A DNA stretch of 64,000 bases from Caecitellus pseudoparvulus (taxonomy: Eukaryota; Protista; Bigyra: Bicosoecida): NCBI GenBank assembly GCA_965644315.1, contig CBFFRQ010000042.1:124001-188000 (forward strand), in the 5' to 3' direction. The first letter of the stretch is position 1; each line of letters begins with the position of its first letter. Positions 58,456 through 64,000 of this stretch are shown here, one piece after another. The translations under genes and the position numbers were made by a program. A model generated the notes under the pieces. It saw nothing but the letters and a program-made list of their open reading frames with translations. It was not told where the DNA came from and made no database searches.

Positions 58456-61400
58456 ATGGCGAGCAACCTCAGCCAAGGAGCTGCACACTTGAAGGCCGAG
58501 GAGTATGGCCCTGCTGCGGAGCAGTTTGGAATGGCCATCACTGCTGCAAGTTCTGCAGGCGATCTCCTCGTGGAAGGCAGGGCTGTGCGTCTGAAGGCGT
58601 GCTGGCGGCAGGAGCGCTGCCAGGAATTGCACCGCGCTCGTGTGGCTCTCTTGCGCAGTATGGCTATCTGGGCCAGGTGTATGACATCCAAGGCAACTTA
58701 CACGCAGCCTGTGATGCGTTCACACGTGCCCTGTATCGCTTCCAACAGTGCGGCGACTGGGTCCGAGAAGCGACGGTTCTGCAGATGCTGGTGTCCACCC
58801 TAGTTCGCTCTGCAGAGCGGCACAAGACGACAGTCAACACAGCAGAGGTGCAAGAGAATCTGTATCGCTATGCACAGCTTCTACACCTTCACCCTGAAGG
58901 TGTAGACGCTGGCATGGCATTTCGGCGGCGGCTCTCCGCCTGGGGCTTGGAGTTGCCGCGAGTCGAGCGTGGCCAGCGCACGGCGCAGGGCAGCCCCGGC
59001 AAGGCAGATGAGACAGGAGCATTCGCGAGCGCAGAAGTGGAAGTTGAAGTGGAGATGGGGGCTGGGCTGACTGGCCTTGCGGACACGCTGCCGGTGTCCG
59101 ACCTCCGCGAGCATTCCTTCTCAAACATCCCCTTCTCAGATGTGGTGACTTTTCATGAAGCTGATACGGCTCAGGCGGGCATGGTGTTGAAGCTCGTGGA
59201 TGCCCACGAAAAAGCAGTCGCTTGCATTCAAGATGGCGTGAAGGGGGTCTTCGAGAACAGCTCCATGCAGCCCTTGGTACAACAGCCTGCAACCGGCCTG
59301 TGGCATGGATACCTGCACCAAGTTGCAGGAGGGAGTGCCACGAGCGAGGCAGAGCAGAGCTCTTCTTTGCACCTCAGAAATGAGGCAAAGCTGCAGAGCT
59401 GGCTCGCTGTAGCCGCGCGACAGACAGCGCAGAGCATCTCTGGCTCAGCATCTTGGCTAGGCTCAGCCTTCTCGTCGCCTGCCGGCGCGGGGGGGGGCGC
59501 CCAGGGACCAGGGCAGGAGCCCACCGTGTCCTTGACAACTCTGGGCTTGGCTGATCCCGGATTGGCTGGGTCAGGCTTGGCCAGGACCACCCGGGCGAAC
59601 AACGAGCAGCGAGCCCATTCGCACGGTGTGCCAGGGCAGCCAGAGTCAGCACCAGCGCCTGCAGCCGCCCCATCTGGACTGTGGGCGTCGTTGCGCTGGA
59701 GTTCCAAGGACGCAGCATCCCCTAGCTCAGGAAGTACAGAGAAGGAGGCCTCTGTCGCTAATTCCACAACCCTTCCAGCGCTGACGTCCTCTTCTGTGCA
59801 GAGGGCGTGTGTTGCATTGGCTTCTTTTGCATGCAGGGCTGTGGGGGACCTGGGGGACGCGAGCATGACCCTTCGTGCTGCGAGGCAGCAGCTTAAAGAT
59901 GTGTTGCTGGTGCAAGGGAAGGAGTTGCCAGCGCAACTCCTCCGTGCCGCCGCAGCGAAGGAAGCCCTGCTGGCTGCAGATGCAGCACAAGGCAAGGCTA
60001 CAGCACACCTAGAGAAGGTTGACGGTGAGAGGCAAGCTCTTCAAGCTTCTTGTGATGAGGCCTTCCAGCAGCTGGCAGAAGCCCAGCAGGCAGAGGAAGC
60101 CCAGCCGGCGGAGCGAATCGCTGACAGCGCGGCAGCAGAGCCTGCTTCCCCCAGCAGGTCGCTGGCTGCTGCGCGCAAGCGCCTGGAGAAGTTGCGAGTG
60201 AAAGCACAGAACATGGCTCGATCTGTAGCTGCGGCAGAGACTGCCGTGGATGCTGCTCTGGGTGCTCTGCAGCAGGCCAGCGAGGCCCGCGTCCAGGCAA
60301 AGCTAGCCCAGACAGAGGTTTGCCGTGATGTCAGCGAGTCTATTCACGCAGCTGCAGTTCGTCGTGGAGCAGCTGTGGAGTCTGCTCTGTCAGCGTGCGC
60401 GGCGCTTACGGCGGCTGCAGCCAGAACCACTGCCACAGCGTCAGCAGTGGCTGCTGACAGCGTGGCCGGGGCCAGCAGTCTGTCCGACATTGCAACCTTC
60501 ACTCACATGGCGCGCATGCGTCATTTGATGCACCAGCACGATGCCCAGGCTGCGAGCCAGGCAGCAGTTGCCGCATCGCGTTCCGCCAGCACTGCAGGCT
60601 CCAGCACTCCAGTGGCTGAGTCAGGAGTGGCATCGGAGGATGCCCCTGACGCTGATGCGCCGGGGCCCCAGGCTGCTTCAGACCCCTCTACGTCAAAGAG
60701 CAGCCGGCCGCGGGGCGGAAAGGGAATTTTGGCTCGGCTTCGGGGAAAGCTTCCTCTGAAAGCGGCTCCAGAGGCAGAGGATGAGGACGACTTTTCCAGG
60801 CGAGCTGGACTGGTGGTTCCTGACTCCCAGTCGCGCACCGAGCGAGCAGCGCTCAGCTCTCAGTATGCCAGCGACGAGGCGGTGCTGGACCCTTTGATTC
60901 AAAAGTGGGTGCAGGACATCATTGCAGGAAGGGGCCGGGAGACTTACGACTACGCCTCTCGGCACGTGGAGCCGCCGCTGGATGTGGGGGCAGCTTGCAA
61001 GGCTGACCCTGAGGCCCCCCTAGTCAACGCCAAGGTCGTCTTCTCCCGGGCTGCAGGGCGTGCGCTGTTCTTGAAGTACTTGAGCTTTTACCGCACCTCT
61101 GGCATGCTACACCGAGACAGCGCATGGCCTGTGGACGCCGCTTGCCCGACACGGGCGGCCGTCTCAGCATGGCTCGCCACCGTGCGTGGGCGCGGCGAGG
61201 CTATCCCCCCTGCAGACGCATTTCACAGGCTTGGGCGTGCGATTTGGTGGCTCCTAGATGCATCTCTTGTGCACTGTGATTTGGGCGTTGCTCGCAGCGT
61301 CATGATTCTGTCCGAAACATTTGGCTGCTGTGTGGCGGGCGCAGCGGGCAGCAAGGAGCCGGAAGAGAAGGTGTTCCTGCAGCGCCTGGTGGCCCACCAT

Positions 61401-61754
61401 CGCATCTGGTCCAACGCGTGGATTTGGGAGGAGCTCTTCCACCGCAGCATCCGCCATGATGTCCACCGACTGCTTGGGGTGGGGGCTGTGGCAGCCCCAA
61501 CGTCGCGCCAGGGGTTGCCTGCGCCGGCCTCCGCGGGGGGTGCAGATGCTTCGCACCACGTGAACCTGGTGCGAGATTGGCCAGGCACCTATACAAACCA
61601 CGTCTTTTCACACCTTGGAAGCTTCGCCTTGAACATGCGCCTGTTTTGTGTTCCAGAGCGCCTTGTGAACACAGTCATCGCCAGGCTTGCTGCGAACCAC
61701 GGCCTGCCCGAGCCTCTCATGGGTGCGCTGTCAACAAGCCCACACAATCCCTAG
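58456..61754 (+). CDS. TPR + coiled-coil + C-terminal SBF2-like domain protein
   Basis: Intron 58585-58658. TPR-like EGRAYGYLGQVYDIQGN. C-terminal VMILSETF...FLQ..VAHHRIWSN..WEELF...VFSHLGSFALNM resembles the SBF2 helical module. Confidence 0.65.
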
Positions 61755-62048
61755 TTGCCTGGCCAATGTATTCTTGCTTTTGTTGTGCAGTTCACCCCTG
61801 GCACCTCGGGAGCAAGGCGTATCCACCTCGAGCATTGGGTGGCAGAGTGGCGTTTGTCGCAAGGCTCGCTCCCTGCCATTTCCCATGCCCATTCTGGTAC
61901 CACACACGCCTAGCAGCCGTGGGCGGGCTGTTGTCCTCGCGACTGAGCCGAGGCAGCAGGCACGTACGCTGCTGCCTGCGTTTGAGCACCACAGCTTCGG
62001 CGCCCTGCCCTGGTCGGCTTGGGGGCGGCGAGGTCGTGACTCCCAGCC

Positions 62049-64000
62049 ATGGCAGCCAAGGGCGATGTCCTGACACGATCAGGAATCTGCAGCAAGTACT
62101 TGAGCGTGAAGATTCACAGGTGGCGTGGCAAGTGAGTGGGAGCGGGACGGCTCTGCTGCAGTGATGCAGTGCACCACGCCATCGTCCCTGCCTTGTTTGT
62201 GGGGGCAGGGCGGGGGGCCAGCCAATGCTTCGGGCAGCCACCCACGAGATTTGTCTCGTGGAGAAGCTGTTCTGCCGGCTTGGTGGCGTCTCGAGCGGCT
62301 TCGCGTATCCCTCATGGTGCTCCCTCGCCGCTCAGGTATAGCCGCCTGTTTGTGCTGACCAAGAGCCAGCTGTTAAATGTGGACCCGGACAATTTCCAAG
62401 TCACAAACACATGGAAGCTGGCAGAAGAGGTGGTTGACTTCGAGCCATCTGTCTCGTCAGACACCGAGTTCACGGTGACAGTGCGCAGTGGGCGCAGCAA
62501 TGAGGTACGGGCCGCGCTGGTGCAGGCTGCCCTCCGCCGCCGTCACTCTGCCAGCCTCCGTGACCTTCCCCAGGTGTTCAAGTACGGCTCTGACTTCCGC
62601 TCCGACTTGCTGTGTGATCTAGCAGAAGCTGTCACGGGCTCCCAGCCCGTCAGAACCTTCAGTGCGCTGAAGCTCACTCGAGATGCCCGGCGTGTGGACT
62701 GTGGCTTAGCAGCGCGGGGGTGGGGCTTGGTCATGTACGCACCGGACGGCAAGCTTGTGCAGACGTACTCATTCAAGGAAATCACTCGCATTCAAGCTGT
62801 TCTGGAGGACCCCTCACAGCTTGCGGTATGGGTTGCTGGGCGCGCCCGCCTCTTCGCCTGCCCTGACCGCTCTGACCTGATCAAGGGCATTGCTGCTGCG
62901 GCCACTCGGGTGGGGAAGCCTGGCATCATCGCCGACTCCGCCATTAGCTCTTCTGAGCTACGCAAGGCGCGTGCCGAGTATGGCGCAGATTCGTCTCCCC
63001 AGCTCCTGCAGCTGGACGTGCTGAAGCGCACGCCCAAGTACCACACTCCGCGCTCGCGCAAGCTTGTGGTCACGGAGAAGCACATTTTGGAGCGAGACGT
63101 CGCAACTTACCAAGTGATATCTGCGAGACCTTTGGCTTCCCTGCACGCCATCGTCCGCCATGACGACGAGCCTCAGACTCTCACCTTCGAGTTCAAGGAT
63201 TCCTCCTCTCGCACCTTCATCACTTCCAAGCGGGACCAGCTCCTGGCGGCGGTCCTGGACGGCGCCCACTTGGGTGGGAATGTGAATGTGGACGTGAAGC
63301 CCACCGTGTCCCTGCCAGGCTCCAGAGCCCTCCCACGCGCCGCAGCAGGGGGGGAAGCACAGGGTGTCGTGGACACGATGTACCTTGCTGCTCTGGGCCG
63401 AGCCTGCAAGGGCGCCGCAGGTGTCACACCCTACTCATCAGAACTCTTAGCTGCTGCGCAAGAGTTCAACGACAATGTCCCACCTACAGGCGTGCCGTAC
63501 ACGACTCGGAAGAGCTCTGTGAACACGCAGATCGCGACACTCTTGCAAGTGCTGTCGTCCACCATCATTGTTCCGGGCGTGCCAGGCAGGGTCCTCGTGA
63601 CCTTACTCGGGTCCCTCAAGCGCCTCATTACGTCAAAGGAGGGGTATAAGTTGGCGATGACCCTTCCGGAAGCGGGTCCAGTGCTGCTCAAGAGCCTTCA
63701 GCACCATGATGATGGCGTGCTGCACGCTGCTTGTGAACTGCAGCGACGCCTGCTGCACAACCCCCGTCGTCCACCAGGAACAGACTCCGACTCTGAGGCT
63801 CAAGTGAAGGGCTTGGTGCTGACAGAGGCCGTGCGTGTCGCTTTGATTGGCCTGGTGGATTCGCACTCAAGCGCCGCTGGTGGCAGCCTGGCGGCTGGTT
63901 CTGAAGGCACGCTGGTTGTGTCCTCAGTTGTGGCTGCACTAGACTCCATCCTCATCTCGAATGTGGACACGACGTCTCCAGAGGCAGCGGACCATCTCAT
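62049..64000 (+). CDS. DNAJC13: RME-8/DNAJC13 (GRV2) endosomal protein, N-terminal part; runs off the window and is absent from the ORF track
   Basis: Introns 62132-62335 and 62505-62573. KIHRWRGKYSRLF...DPDNFQVTNTW, later ILERDVATYQVISARPL, RDQLLAAVLD and EFNDNVP..GV. Confidence 0.85.

Noticed and set aside
1-64000. Prokaryotic operon, prophage, defence system, virophage or transposon
   Set aside because: All recognised genes are eukaryotic, nearly all with introns. I saw no integrase, transposase, reverse transcriptase or capsid motifs and no AT-rich insertion.

Overview
Gene-dense, GC-rich (roughly 60-65% by eye) nuclear DNA from a microbial eukaryote. About 22 protein-coding genes have short spliceosomal introns (mostly 63-110 nt, donors often GTGCGT/GTGAGT, acceptors mostly after a pyrimidine tract). 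I found no rRNA, tRNA, CRISPR or transposon. The GT5-type glucan synthase, inverted-domain guanylyl cyclase and plant-like cullin-1 point to a non-opisthokont protist, possibly a heterotrophic stramenopile; this is inference only. Genes in order: EF-hand pyrophosphatase (partial), 12-TM guanylyl-type cyclase, P4-ATPase flippase, FolD, Myb factor, F-box/WD40, cullin-1-like, DCAF7, orphan, Mrd1/RBM19, FCP1, SPT small subunit, V-ATPase c, orphan, mitochondrial EF-Ts, NBR1-like, Tudor-USP, coiled-coil orphan, Nup88-like, ADD-SET methyltransferase, NASP, GH13-like/GT5/CBM48 glucan synthase, TPR/SBF2-like protein and RME-8 (partial). Four observations stand out. (1) A cyclase and a P4-ATPase sit side by side as separate genes, and these are the two halves of the P4-ATPase-guanylyl-cyclase chimera of alveolates. 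(2) An ATRX/DNMT3-type ADD reader is fused to a SUV39-class SET writer. (3) A deubiquitinase carries three Tudor-like repeats. (4) A multi-domain alpha-glucan synthase is present. All family calls come from motif recognition by eye and all exon boundaries were inferred by hand; no database searches were run.
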